Both the position numbers and the translations under genes were made by a program. A stretch of 64,000 nucleotides of DNA from Candidatus Poribacteria bacterium (GTDB taxonomy: Bacteria > Poribacteria > WGA-4E > GCA-2687025), in NCBI GenBank assembly GCA_963665845.2, contig OY762492.1, positions 2,368,001 through 2,432,000 of the forward strand, written 5' to 3'. The first letter of the stretch is position 1, and every line of letters starts with the position of its first letter. The notes below the pieces were generated by a model. The model searched no databases, was not told the DNA's origin, and was given only the letters and a program-made list of their open reading frames with translations. Positions 19,118 through 29,152 of the stretch are shown here, piece by piece.

Positions 19118-20947
19118 ATGAACAAAACCCCTGATTATGTCCAATGGAATCTGCCTGAAGGCGCGGAGGCGCGGCTCGGCAAAGGGTATGTCATGGACAT
19201 CGTCTATTCGCCGGACGGAGAGACGATAGCGGCGGCAAGCAGCGCCGGCGTCTGGCTTTACGATGCAGAGACGGGTACGGAAACGGCGCTGCTGGGCGTC
19301 GCAGGCGAACGGGCGCAGGCGGCAGCCTTTTCACCCAACGGCAATCTCCTTGCCGTATGCAGCTCCTATGCGGATGACAGCGGCGGCGTCCTGCGGCTAT
19401 GGGACATTCGGACAGGAGATGTCCAATCGAGCATGGAGATGTCCGAAGATTCCTTCTGTGTCGACTTTTCCCCCGACGGAAGAACGATTGTAACGGGCGG
19501 CGGGGACGATGTACATCTCTGGGATGTCCGATTCGGCGGACTGATCGCGCCGTTGAAGGGACATAAAGAGAATGTCGCGTCGGTCGCGTTCTCTCCCGAC
19601 GGAAACATTGCCGCCAGCGGAAGCGACGACGATACGATACGGCTATGGGACGCCGAGACGGGCGATCGGCTCAAGACGCTCAAAGGACATTCCAGCAATC
19701 TCAATTGCGTTGCCTTTTCGCCGGACGGCAAAACGCTTGCCAGCGGGAGCGACGACGACGCGATACGGCTTTGGGATGTCCAATCAGGCGACTGCAGGGC
19801 GGAACTGAAAGGACATGACCGGCGGGTCATGTCGGTTGCGTATTCGCCGGACGGCAAGCGTATCGCCAGCGCAGGGAGCGACAAGAAAATACGGCTTTGG
19901 GACGCGGAAACAGGCGCGCATAAACAGCAGCTGATTGGACATGTCGGGGACATCGATTGCGTCGCCTTTTCGCCGGACGGGCGGACGATTCTCAGCGGCG
20001 GCGGCGCGCGGGAGGACGGCGCCCTTCGATGCTGGGACGCGCAAACCGGCGCCGTCCGACAGATCATCGACGGACATACGCCGTTTCTTTTCGGCTTGGC
20101 ATTTTCGCCCAAAGGAAAGACGCTCGCAGGAGGATATGGCGACGACGCGATACGGCTCTGGGATGTCCAAACCCGCTCCCTCTTGAAGACGCTGCGCGGA
20201 CATACGCGCGATGTTTATTGCGTCGCCTTTTCGCCGAACGGCAAGCGTCTCGCAAGCGGAGGCCAAGACAACACGATACGGCTTTGGAATTTTCCATCCG
20301 GCAAATGGAGAACGACGCTGAAAGGACATATTGACGGTGTCTCTTCGCTTGCGTTTTCGCCGGATAGCAAGACGCTCGCAAGCGGCGGTCCGAATGAGGA
20401 GGTTTGCCTATGGAGTCTCCAAACAGGCAATAGACGGAAAATGCCGGATGGACACAATCTTGAAAGTATCCATTGCGTCGCGTTCTCGCCGGACGGAGAG
20501 ATGATTGCGTCCGGCGGAGAAGACGGGACGGCGCATCTTTGGGATGTCCATAACGAGGAGCTGGAGCGGATCCTTGGAGGATATCAAAGCGGCGTTGTCT
20601 CGGCTCGATTCTCGCAGGACGGCAAGATGTTGGTCACAGGATGCGCGGACGGATCGATTCGTCTATGGAATGTCCAAACAGGCGCGCATTTGAAGGCTTT
20701 AACTGGACATACCGACGGCGTCAATTGCGTCGTTTTTTCGCCTGGCGGCAGGGAGGTTGCCAGCGGAAGCAATGACGGAACGGCGCGGCTTTGGGATGTC
20801 CAAACGGGAGAGCAGACGGCGGTTTTAAAAGGACATGGAAATCTTGTGGACGAGGTCGCTTTCTCGCCGGACGGCCAAACGCTCGCCAGCGGAAGCCTTG
20901 ACGGAACCATATTGCTATGGCCGCTGAATGAATGGAGTAAAAGATGA
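19118..20947 (+). CDS. WD40 repeat protein 1 (about 14 repeats)
   Basis: Repeated GH...VAFSPDG..LASGS.D..IRLWD. Start ATG 19118 (MNKTPDYVQWNLPEGA) chosen by comparison with the paralogues. Confidence 0.93.
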   Translation: MNKTPDYVQWNLPEGAEARLGKGYVMDIVYSPDGETIAAASSAGVWLYDAETGTETALLGVAGERAQAAAFSPNGNLLAVCSSYADDSGGVLRLWDIRTGDVQSSMEMSEDSFCVDFSPDGRTIVTGGGDDVHLWDVRFGGLIAPLKGHKENVASVAFSPDGNIAASGSDDDTIRLWDAETGDRLKTLKGHSSNLNCVAFSPDGKTLASGSDDDAIRLWDVQSGDCRAELKGHDRRVMSVAYSPDGKRIASAGSDKKIRLWDAETGAHKQQLIGHVGDIDCVAFSPDGRTILSGGGAREDGALRCWDAQTGAVRQIIDGHTPFLFGLAFSPKGKTLAGGYGDDAIRLWDVQTRSLLKTLRGHTRDVYCVAFSPNGKRLASGGQDNTIRLWNFPSGKWRTTLKGHIDGVSSLAFSPDSKTLASGGPNEEVCLWSLQTGNRRKMPDGHNLESIHCVAFSPDGEMIASGGEDGTAHLWDVHNEELERILGGYQSGVVSARFSQDGKMLVTGCADGSIRLWNVQTGAHLKALTGHTDGVNCVVFSPGGREVASGSNDGTARLWDVQTGEQTAVLKGHGNLVDEVAFSPDGQTLASGSLDGTILLWPLNEWSKR

Positions 20948-22773
20948 AACGCGCGCTTGAATATGTCCAATGGAACCTGCCTGAAGGCGCAAAGGCGCGT
21001 CTCGGCAAGGGGTATGTTACACAGGTCGCCTATTCGCCGCGCGATGATCTGATAGCGGCGGCAAGCAGCGCCGGCGCATGGCTCTATTACGCAAAGACGG
21101 GAGAAGAAGCGGCGCTGTTGAGAGTCCCAGGCGAACGGACGCAGGCGGTCGCTTTTTCGCCCAGCGGAAAGATACTCGCCGCCGCCAACACCGGAGGGAC
21201 GACGCGGCTTTGGAATGTCCGAACAGGCAAGCTTCTCGCCAGCTTGACGCAGAACGGCGATGTCCTGTGCGCCGCCTTCTCCCCTGACGGACAAACGCTC
21301 GCTACAGGCGGCGAGAGCTCCGCGCTTCATCTTTGGGATGTCCAACACGGTCAGCTGATTGCCGCGCTGCAGGGACACCGCGACCATATCTTGTCGCTCG
21401 CGTATTCGCCGGACGGCGAAAAGATCGCCAGCGGCAGCGACGACTGCTCCATACGCATCTGGGACGCGCAGCTGTACACGCAGGGAAACAAATCGATCAA
21501 AACGCTCAAAGGACACAAGAAGCGGGTGAACAGCGTCGCGTTCTCGCCGGACGGCAGAACGCTCGCCAGCAGCAGCGCAGACAAGACGCTCCGCCTGTGG
21601 GATGTCCAAACATGGGAATGCAAGGCGGAGCTGAAAGGACATAAGTTTCCTGTGAAGTCGATCGCCTATTCGCCGGACGGGCGGATTTTGGCGAGCGGGA
21701 GCGGAGACAAGACGATACGTCTCTGGGGCGGACAAACGGGGCAGTATAAACAGCAGCTGATTGGGCATACAGGCCATTTGGATTGCGTCGCTTTTTCGCC
21801 GGACAGCAAGACGCTCGCCTGCGCGGGTCAATACAAAGACGCCCATATACGCTTTTGGGACGCGCAAACAGCGGCGGAGCGGAGTGTCATCGAAGGACAT
21901 ACGACCAATCTGGACTCGGTCGCGTTCTCGCCGGAGGGCAAGACGCTCGTCACTGGACACTGGGACGACGCCATACGGCTCTGGGATGTCCAATCGGGCG
22001 GGCTGTTGAAAACGATCTTAGGACATACGAGCGATGTGAATTGCGCCGTCTTCTCTCCGGACGGCAAGCTGTTCGCCAGCGGCGCCGACGATCATACGAC
22101 GCGCATCTGGGATGTCCAAACCGGAAAGACGCTGAAGGTTTTGAAAGGACATACGGACGCCGTTTACCGAGTCGCTTTTTCTCCATACGGCAGAACGCTG
22201 CTCACAGGCAGTTATGACGCGACAGCGCGGCTCTGGGATGTCCAGAAAGGACAGCATAAAAGGACGCTGGAGGGGCATACAGAGGAGGTGTGCGGCGCCG
22301 CTTATTCGCCCGATGGACAAACCATCGCGACCGGCAGCGATGACAAGACAATACGCCTATGGGACGCGGACACTGGAAAAGAAAAAGCGGTTCTAAAGGG
22401 GCATGAGAAACGCGTTTGGTCAGTTCAGTTTTCACCGGACGGAAGGCTGCTAGTCAGCGCGAGCGACGATCTGACCGTTCGCTTATGGAATGTCCAAAGA
22501 GGGCGGGTTCATAAGATGTTGGAGGGGCATACGGACGGCGTCATATGCGCCGCTTTTTCTCCTGATGGACAGATGATCGCCAGCGGCGGCGCCGACCGCG
22601 CTGTCCGCATCTGGGATGTCCAAACGGGAAAGCTGAAAGCGATCTTTGAGGGGCATTCGCATCATGTGTTTGAGGTCGCATTTTCGCCGGACGGCAAAAC
22701 GCTTGCCAGCGGCAGCTACGACGGAACGGCTCTGCTTTGGACCGTTCCAAATGACGAGGAGGACTCTGGTTGA
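20944..22773 (+). CDS. WD40 repeat protein 2 (about 14 repeats)
   Basis: Same repeats and same YVQWNLPEGAKARLGKG leader; 4-nt overlap with gene 1. Confidence 0.93.
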   Translation: MKRALEYVQWNLPEGAKARLGKGYVTQVAYSPRDDLIAAASSAGAWLYYAKTGEEAALLRVPGERTQAVAFSPSGKILAAANTGGTTRLWNVRTGKLLASLTQNGDVLCAAFSPDGQTLATGGESSALHLWDVQHGQLIAALQGHRDHILSLAYSPDGEKIASGSDDCSIRIWDAQLYTQGNKSIKTLKGHKKRVNSVAFSPDGRTLASSSADKTLRLWDVQTWECKAELKGHKFPVKSIAYSPDGRILASGSGDKTIRLWGGQTGQYKQQLIGHTGHLDCVAFSPDSKTLACAGQYKDAHIRFWDAQTAAERSVIEGHTTNLDSVAFSPEGKTLVTGHWDDAIRLWDVQSGGLLKTILGHTSDVNCAVFSPDGKLFASGADDHTTRIWDVQTGKTLKVLKGHTDAVYRVAFSPYGRTLLTGSYDATARLWDVQKGQHKRTLEGHTEEVCGAAYSPDGQTIATGSDDKTIRLWDADTGKEKAVLKGHEKRVWSVQFSPDGRLLVSASDDLTVRLWNVQRGRVHKMLEGHTDGVICAAFSPDGQMIASGGADRAVRIWDVQTGKLKAIFEGHSHHVFEVAFSPDGKTLASGSYDGTALLWTVPNDEEDSG

Positions 22774-23750
22774 ATAAAACGCCTGACTATGTCCAATGGA
22801 ACCTGCCTGAAGGGGCGCGGGCGCGTCTCGACAAGGATTATGCGGACAGCGCCGCCTTTTCTCCCGACGAGCATCGAATCGTCAAAGGACGTACCTCCAT
22901 CGTTTTGAGCTGCGTCTATTCGCGCTGCGGCCGGACGCTCGCGACTGGACATGGGGACGGAGCGATTCGCTTTTGGGACGCCGCTGCCGGCGCCCTCATG
23001 AAAACGTTGCGCGGGCATGTCGGCGACGTCAACAGCGTATCGTTTTCGCCGGACGACAGGACGCTCGCCTCCGCCGGCGACGATGAGACGGTACGCCTAT
23101 GGAATGTCCAAACGGGCGCGCTTCAAAAAACGCTCAAAGGACATATCGATTGGGCGTTGTCGGTCTCCTTTTCGCCGGACGGAGAAACGATTGTCAGCGT
23201 CGGCGAGGACGGGGCGATTCGCATATGGAACGTTTCAACAGGGGAATGCGAAGCCGTCCTGAATGAAGCGCATGCCGCCCTCATCAATTGCGTTGCCTAT
23301 TCGCCGGACGGCAAGACGTTCGCCAGCGGAAGCGACGACCGATCCGTCCGCATATGGGATGTCCAAACAAGAGCGCGCTTGAGAACGCTTATTGGACATG
23401 CGGATGATGTGAACGGTTTATCGTACTCGCCTGACGGACATTTTCTTGCCAGCTGCGGCGCCGACAAGAGAATAACGATATGGAATCTCGCGTCGGGAGA
23501 GGCGCATAAGACATTGATTGGACATAAGAGCGAACTATACGGCGTTGCATATTCGCCGGACGGACGCTTTCTAGCCAGCTGCGGCGCCGACCACTGCGCA
23601 TGGATATGGGATGTCCAAACAGGAGCGCCGAAAACGGAATTGAAAGGACACAACGGGAATGTGTATGAGGCGGCGTTTTCGCCGGACAGCGGGACGCTCG
23701 CTACCGTAAGCCATGACGGTACCATTCTTCTTTGGAATGTTCCGTCTTAG
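22770..23750 (+). CDS. WD40 repeat protein 3 (about 7 repeats)
   Basis: TTG start overlapping the gene 2 stop; same leader followed directly by the second propeller half. Confidence 0.9.
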   Translation: MNKTPDYVQWNLPEGARARLDKDYADSAAFSPDEHRIVKGRTSIVLSCVYSRCGRTLATGHGDGAIRFWDAAAGALMKTLRGHVGDVNSVSFSPDDRTLASAGDDETVRLWNVQTGALQKTLKGHIDWALSVSFSPDGETIVSVGEDGAIRIWNVSTGECEAVLNEAHAALINCVAYSPDGKTFASGSDDRSVRIWDVQTRARLRTLIGHADDVNGLSYSPDGHFLASCGADKRITIWNLASGEAHKTLIGHKSELYGVAYSPDGRFLASCGADHCAWIWDVQTGAPKTELKGHNGNVYEAAFSPDSGTLATVSHDGTILLWNVPS

Positions 23751-24265
23751 CGGATGCGGAAAAGCAGCCCGTCTTTATAGAGATGGCTTGCGTATCCTGT
23801 CACGGCGGAGATGTAGAGCGGCAGCCCGATCCAGACCGCCTCCCCGCCTGTCAGCAGCGGAGCGAGAAGCAGCGGCGACGGCAGGAGAATCATCGCAACG
23901 CGCGAATGCGTCCATCCGCGGTGCTTGCCGAAGAGGGGCGTCATCGCCGCCAGCCCTAGATACGCCGCGCCGAGCAGGTACAGCGTCTCCCCTGTCCAAT
24001 GGAACGCGCCGATGAGGCAGATGTCCAAGAGCGCGAGCGCGCGATAAAACAGCCTTTGCGGTTTTGACTTGATGTCCATGTCCGGAAAGAGCGCGAACCC
24101 GACCGCCAGCGCGAAGCCGATCAGCGCGCCCGCCGCCAGCTGCGTTCCGTTCCACGGAACCTCAATCTGCAGCCGCTCCTTGAAGATCAGCAGCCCCCCG
24201 CCGACGCCGAGCAGCGCCGCATAGGACCCCGCGCCCGCTTTAAGATGCTCCTCCGTGTTCGCCAT
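23747..24265 (-). CDS. Inner-membrane metal-dependent hydrolase (YdjM/DUF2227-like)
   Basis: N-terminal His, LFPDMD, HRGWTHS and SHLYKD motifs; TM helices. Confidence 0.8.
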   Translation of the reverse strand: MANTEEHLKAGAGSYAALLGVGGGLLIFKERLQIEVPWNGTQLAAGALIGFALAVGFALFPDMDIKSKPQRLFYRALALLDICLIGAFHWTGETLYLLGAAYLGLAAMTPLFGKHRGWTHSRVAMILLPSPLLLAPLLTGGEAVWIGLPLYISAVTGYASHLYKDGLLFRIR

Positions 24266-25118
24266 GCGCCGCCTCGCCGATCTCGATGAGAACGTTGTCG
24301 ATAAGCCGCACGGAGCCGAAATAAGCGGCAGCGGCGGCCAATGTCCGTTTTGTTAACGAAGCGCATGGCTCGAACGTGTCAGGGTTCACAAGTTCAACAT
24401 AATCCAATTGGACATTTTCAAGGGCGTTGAGCCTTTCGGCGATGCCGCTCTGCAGGACGGAGGCGCGCGTTTCACCTTCAAGCGCGCGGCGGCGGGCGGC
24501 GTCCAGGGCGGCGTAGAGGGCAGGCGCCTGTCGTCTCTGCTTCTTGGACAAGAGCGCGTTTCGGCTGCTAAGCGCGAGACCGTCCTTCTCTCGAACCGTC
24601 GGATGTCCAATGATTTGGACATTCCAGCCCATGTCCAATGTCATTCGGCGGATGACGGCGAGCTGCTGCGCGTCCTTTTGTCCAAAGTAGGCGCGGTCTG
24701 GACATACCAGATGAAACAGCTTGGACACCACGGTCGCCACGCCGCGAAAATGTCCAGGGCGCGACGCCCCGCACAAGCCCGCCGCGATCCGCCCCTCCAC
24801 CTCAACATAGGTGGAAAAGCCTGCGGGATACATCTCCGCGTCGCTGGGCGCGAAGAGTATGTCGACGCCTTCCGCCTCCAGCGCGGCGGCGTCCCGTTCC
24901 AGATGGCGCGGATAACGGCGCAGGTCGTCCGCCGAATTGAACTGGGTCGGGTTCACATAAACGCTGACGACAACGCGCGCGCATTCCGCGCGGCAGGCGC
25001 GAACCAGCGACAGATGCCCCTCATGCAGCCCGCCCATCGTCGGGACAAAACCGACCGCGCCTTCCCGTTGAAGGGCGCGCCATTCCCGCATCGCATGCGC
25101 CGTTTGAATGCGCCGCAG
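24240..25118 (-). CDS. panC: Pantoate--beta-alanine ligase
   Basis: GFVPTMGGLHEGHLSL, NPTQF, RPGHFRGV, FGQKDAQQ, LALSSRN, RLIDN. Start may be CTG 25118; the first ATG is 25091. Confidence 0.95.
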   Translation of the reverse strand: MRRIQTAHAMREWRALQREGAVGFVPTMGGLHEGHLSLVRACRAECARVVVSVYVNPTQFNSADDLRRYPRHLERDAAALEAEGVDILFAPSDAEMYPAGFSTYVEVEGRIAAGLCGASRPGHFRGVATVVSKLFHLVCPDRAYFGQKDAQQLAVIRRMTLDMGWNVQIIGHPTVREKDGLALSSRNALLSKKQRRQAPALYAALDAARRRALEGETRASVLQSGIAERLNALENVQLDYVELVNPDTFEPCASLTKRTLAAAAAYFGSVRLIDNVLIEIGEAAHGEHGGAS

Positions 25119-25122
25119 CGCT

Positions 25123-27189
25123 CTATTCCTCGTCGTCGGCTGTCGCTTGCGCGATCACCTTTTCCTGCTCATTCGCGGGCGCCTGCTCGTAATGGTCAAG
25201 CTCCATTGTGTAGGTTCCGCGCGCGCTCGTCATCGACTTCAGGTCGGTCTGGTAGCGCATCATTTCAGACAGCGGCACGGTCGCCTTGATCAGCTGCCGC
25301 TTGGCGACCTGCTCCATGCCCATGACGCGCCCGCGCCGTCCGTTCAGGTCGCCGATGATGTCGCCCATCAGCTCGTCGGGGACGAAGATATTGACCGCCA
25401 TGATCGGCTCAAGGATGACAGGGTTCGCCTGCTCCATCGCCGCTTGGAAGGCTCCGCGCCCCGCGATTTGAAACGCGATGTCCTTTGAATCGACAGGATG
25501 CGTCTTGCCGTCCATGAGCCGCACCTTCAGGTCGACCACCGGGTAGCCCGCCAGCGGTCCCGATTCCATCGCCTGCCGCACGCCCTTGTCGACGCTTGGG
25601 CGGAACTGCTGGTCGATGGAGCCGCCGAAGATTTCGTCCACAAACTCGTATCCGCCGTCCCGCTCCATCGGTTCCACGGCGAGGATGACGCGCCCGTATT
25701 GACCCGCGCCGCCGGATTGCTTTTTGTGGGTGTATTCGACGGACGGCACGGCGCGCGTGATCGTTTCGCGGTAGGCCACTTTCGGAATTTCCAGCCGCGC
25801 GCCCGCCTTGAACTTCTGCTTTGCGCGAATCAACGCGAGCGACAGATGCTGATCGCCGTAGCCTTCCAGCAGCGTCTGGTTCGTCTCTCGGTCGCGGCGG
25901 ACGCGAAGCGTCGGGTCTTCTTCAGTGAGACGCGCTAGCGCGGCGCTGAGGCGGTCGTCGTCCCCCTCTTTTTCTGGAAACACGGCGCGCGAATAGGTCG
26001 GGTTCAGAAACTCAATCGGCGGAAGCGCATAACGTTTGTCGGAACGGGCTAAGGCGTCGCCCGTCGCCGACTCGTTCAGCTTCGCCACCGCGCCGAGGTC
26101 TCCAGCCGAGACGGCGTCCGTTTCGATGTCGTTTTTGCCGCTGCGGTAGACCACCTTTCCGAACCGCTCCGCGCTGTTTTTGGAAACATTGTAAATCGCT
26201 TCGGCGCCGACGGAGCCGGAATACACCTTAAAGAGCGAGAGGCGTCCGGCATACGGGTCGAAGATCGTTTTGTAGATGCGGGCGGCGAGCGCGCCGTCGG
26301 CGTCTGCCGGCAGCTCCAGTTCCTCGCCGTCCAGCTCAACGGCGGCAGGTTTGTCGGCGGGGGAGGGGAACACATCGACGATGAAGTCCAGTATCGACTG
26401 GATGCCGACCGCTTTTTCAGCCGACACCGCAAAGGCGGGCGCGACGCTGCCATCGGCAAAGCCCGCTTTGAGACCCGCCCAGATGTCGTCCGCGGTCAGA
26501 TCGTCCTCTTCAAAGTATTTTTCAAGCAGCTCCTCGTCCGATTCGGCGGCAGATTCGACGAGCGCGGCGCGCATCTCCTCGGCGAGACCTGTCAGATCGT
26601 CCGGTATGTCGGCGGCGTCGGCGTCGGCTCCGTCGTAGAGAAACGCCTGCCCGCGCGGTATGTCGACGACGCCGTTGAACGCCTGCCCCGTTCCGATGGG
26701 CAGGTTGACGGCGGCGGGAGCCGCGTCCAGCATGTCGACCGTCGTTCCGAGCGCTTTTTGGAAGTCCGCCTGCTCCGCGTCGAGTCGGTTGACGACAATG
26801 GCGCGCGGCATTTTGTGCCTGTTTAACATTTCCCACAGCTTTTCGGTACCGCTTTCGACGCCGCTTTCGCCGTCGATGAGCAGGATGACGGCTTCGGCGG
26901 CGCTGAGCGCGCATTCGACATCGCCGTACAGGTCTTCGGCGCCGGGCGTATCGATCCAGTTGATCTTGCAGTCTTTCCATTCGAGAATGCAGGGGGTCAG
27001 GCTAAGGCTGGAGCCGCGTTCGATTTCAAGCGGGTCGTAGTCGGAAGCGGTCGATCCGTTCGAGACGGAGCCCATTTTGGAGACGGCGCGGGCGTGGAAC
27101 AGCGCCGCTTCTAAGAGCGTCGTTTTTCCGACGCCTGCATGGGAAACGACAGCGATGTTGCGAATCGACGCGGGCGAGTACTGTTTCAT
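25123..27189 (-). CDS. Elongation factor G paralogue (EF-G2/FusA2-like)
   Basis: SHAGVGKTT, DTPG, NRLD, EEDPTL, YRETI, KKQSGGAGQYG, ILEPIM; not in a str operon. Confidence 0.92.
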   Translation of the reverse strand: MKQYSPASIRNIAVVSHAGVGKTTLLEAALFHARAVSKMGSVSNGSTASDYDPLEIERGSSLSLTPCILEWKDCKINWIDTPGAEDLYGDVECALSAAEAVILLIDGESGVESGTEKLWEMLNRHKMPRAIVVNRLDAEQADFQKALGTTVDMLDAAPAAVNLPIGTGQAFNGVVDIPRGQAFLYDGADADAADIPDDLTGLAEEMRAALVESAAESDEELLEKYFEEDDLTADDIWAGLKAGFADGSVAPAFAVSAEKAVGIQSILDFIVDVFPSPADKPAAVELDGEELELPADADGALAARIYKTIFDPYAGRLSLFKVYSGSVGAEAIYNVSKNSAERFGKVVYRSGKNDIETDAVSAGDLGAVAKLNESATGDALARSDKRYALPPIEFLNPTYSRAVFPEKEGDDDRLSAALARLTEEDPTLRVRRDRETNQTLLEGYGDQHLSLALIRAKQKFKAGARLEIPKVAYRETITRAVPSVEYTHKKQSGGAGQYGRVILAVEPMERDGGYEFVDEIFGGSIDQQFRPSVDKGVRQAMESGPLAGYPVVDLKVRLMDGKTHPVDSKDIAFQIAGRGAFQAAMEQANPVILEPIMAVNIFVPDELMGDIIGDLNGRRGRVMGMEQVAKRQLIKATVPLSEMMRYQTDLKSMTSARGTYTMELDHYEQAPANEQEKVIAQATADDEE

Positions 27190-27259
27190 GCGGGAGGACC
27201 TTTTTTCGGTGAATGAATCCTGTAAATGCGTTTTTTATGGGCAGTATGCCGTTGGACAC

Positions 27260-27288
27260 ATGATAATGGCTATGGGCGGCGGTGTCAA
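27260..27288 (-). promoter_or_regulatory. Predicted sigma70 promoter of the EF-G2/panC operon
   Basis: TTGACA-17 bp-TATCAT on the minus strand. Confidence 0.65.
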
Positions 27289-27297
27289 TGGGCGGCG

Positions 27298-27465
27298 CTG
27301 ACCTCATGTCTTTAGTGGGGACATGTCGGCATGGAAACGCGGACGGTTTCGGGGTGGACTCTGGATTCCCGCTTACGCGGGAATGACGACCTGGTTGATG
27401 ACGCTTTTTTCCCATGAATAGAGTGGTCATTCGTTCAAATGTCCCAACTTTCGGCGTGAGGTCGG
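27298..27465. mobile_element. MITE family A, copy 1
   Basis: Imperfect ~27-bp terminal inverted repeats (CTGACCTYAYG..TWWAGTTGGGACAT); alignable by eye to 36820-37008 and 58426-58594; internal ATTCCC-N8-GGGAAT palindrome. Confidence 0.8.
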
Positions 27466-27552
27466 GCGGCGCCGTCCTCCGCTTTCATCTCCCCATTGCG
27501 CAATGCATTTTATCCGCAGTTTTTGAGACGGTGTAAATGGCGGGCGGCGCCT

Positions 27553-27999
27553 TCACCTCCGCCGACACGCCTCATAACCCCGAATAAAGTCCTCCACCGA
27601 GACGCGCCCCGCCTCCTTTCCGATCAGGTCAAGCGGAACATCCTCAACGCGCCGAAACCGTATGCACGACTTCCCCATGTCCAGCTTGAACCCGCGCGAC
27701 CTCCACTCCGCCTGAAAACGCTCCGACGCCGCCTCGTCCATATACAGCGCATGCAGATAAAGCGACAGATGCCGCTTCTGCGACGCAAGGCAGATCGGAG
27801 CCAGCGGCAGCTTGTTATAGGTGTCGGGATAGCGCTCAAGCGGAATTACATACGCGATCATCCCATGCTGCATCGTCTCAACATACCCGTTCGGCAGGTT
27901 CTCTAAAACGACCTTTCGCACCGCCTGAACCGCCTCGGCTCGGTCGGTCGGCAGCGACTGCAGATACTCGTCAACCGTTGCGGCGGAACTATGCGCCAT
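27553..27999 (-). CDS. DUF1801 (YdhG-like) domain protein
   Basis: TVDEYL..LP, GY.E.MQHGMI, LASQKRHLSLY, LDMGKSCIRF. Confidence 0.85.
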   Translation of the reverse strand: MAHSSAATVDEYLQSLPTDRAEAVQAVRKVVLENLPNGYVETMQHGMIAYVIPLERYPDTYNKLPLAPICLASQKRHLSLYLHALYMDEAASERFQAEWRSRGFKLDMGKSCIRFRRVEDVPLDLIGKEAGRVSVEDFIRGYEACRRR

Positions 28000-28032
28000 C
28001 GGTTTTTCCTTTCATAAAAAAGCGGTTCCGTT

Positions 28033-29091
28033 TCAGCTCCAAGCGTCTGTGAAGAAGCGAATCCAGTTGCCGTATGCGATATTTTCGGCGTCCTGGTCAG
28101 AATAGCCGCGGTCTATCAGCCGATGGATAATCTTGGGCAGGTCGGCGATGGTGTCGATTTCGCGCGGGATGCGCTCCCGCCCGAAGCCGCCGTCCAGATC
28201 GCTCCCGATGCCCGCATGTTCAGAGGAGCCGGCAATTTGACAGACGCGGTCGATATGATGGACCACATCGTCGATGGACGCGCGCATCTTCGGTTTCCAG
28301 TCAGGCATCAACATCTCCGAGTCGAGCGCGGCGCCGACGACGCCCCCTCTCTCAACAAGCGCGCGGATCTGGTCGTCGTTGATCTGGCGGACGCCGGGGG
28401 CAAGGGCGCGGCAGTTGCTGTGGCTCGCGTGGACATGCCCGCCGTAAGCGTCCAGCGCTTCCCAGAAGGAGCGGTCCGATAGGTGCGTGACATCCAGAAC
28501 GATTCCAAGCCGCTCCATTTCGCGCAGCAGCGGCTTGCCAAGTTGGGTGAGTCCGCCGTCGGCGGCTGTTCCATGCGCGTAGGCGCTGACGCCGTAGTGG
28601 GCGAGGCTCAATACGCGCAGCCCGTTTTCATGCCATTCCGCCGCCTGTTCGGGCGAGACGATCGGGTCGGCGCCCTCCATCGCGGCGACCGCGCCGATGG
28701 GAGCCTCCGCGCCGCGCGCCTTCCAGTCAGCAAGATGCGTTTGGAGATCGTCCGCGCTGCGCATGATGCGCATTTTTCCCTGCGCCTCCAAGACGCGGTA
28801 GTATGCCAGCTGCCCCTGCGCTTGGGCGTGCGAGATCTCCCGCGAGGCGCCGCCCGACTGCCCGCGTTCAGGGCGCGCTGTCCGCGCAAAGAGGGTCGCC
28901 GCGCACAGGGCGACTTTCCCCTTTCGCATGGCGGGGAACGAGACGGTTCCGGTTCCGCCGCGCTCCGCCGCCCGTATCTCTTCAACAGGCAACTCCAGGT
29001 TGCGGTTGTAGTTGAGCGCGTTCATTGCCAGGTCAAGATGGGCGTCCGCGATGAGCATTTTTCCGCCTGTTTGGTTGAATTCATCCCGCAT
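28033..29091 (-). CDS. Membrane dipeptidase (peptidase M19)
   Basis: DAHLD, MEGAD, DVTHLS, ASHSN, GIGSDLDG, GNW.RF. Start is probably ATG 29058. Confidence 0.9.
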   Translation of the reverse strand: MRDEFNQTGGKMLIADAHLDLAMNALNYNRNLELPVEEIRAAERGGTGTVSFPAMRKGKVALCAATLFARTARPERGQSGGASREISHAQAQGQLAYYRVLEAQGKMRIMRSADDLQTHLADWKARGAEAPIGAVAAMEGADPIVSPEQAAEWHENGLRVLSLAHYGVSAYAHGTAADGGLTQLGKPLLREMERLGIVLDVTHLSDRSFWEALDAYGGHVHASHSNCRALAPGVRQINDDQIRALVERGGVVGAALDSEMLMPDWKPKMRASIDDVVHHIDRVCQIAGSSEHAGIGSDLDGGFGRERIPREIDTIADLPKIIHRLIDRGYSDQDAENIAYGNWIRFFTDAWS

Positions 29092-29152
29092 ATAGAACGA
29101 ACCTGGGCAGGCGTTCGCTACATGAAAACATCTGGCAGGCGGGATGGAAGCC

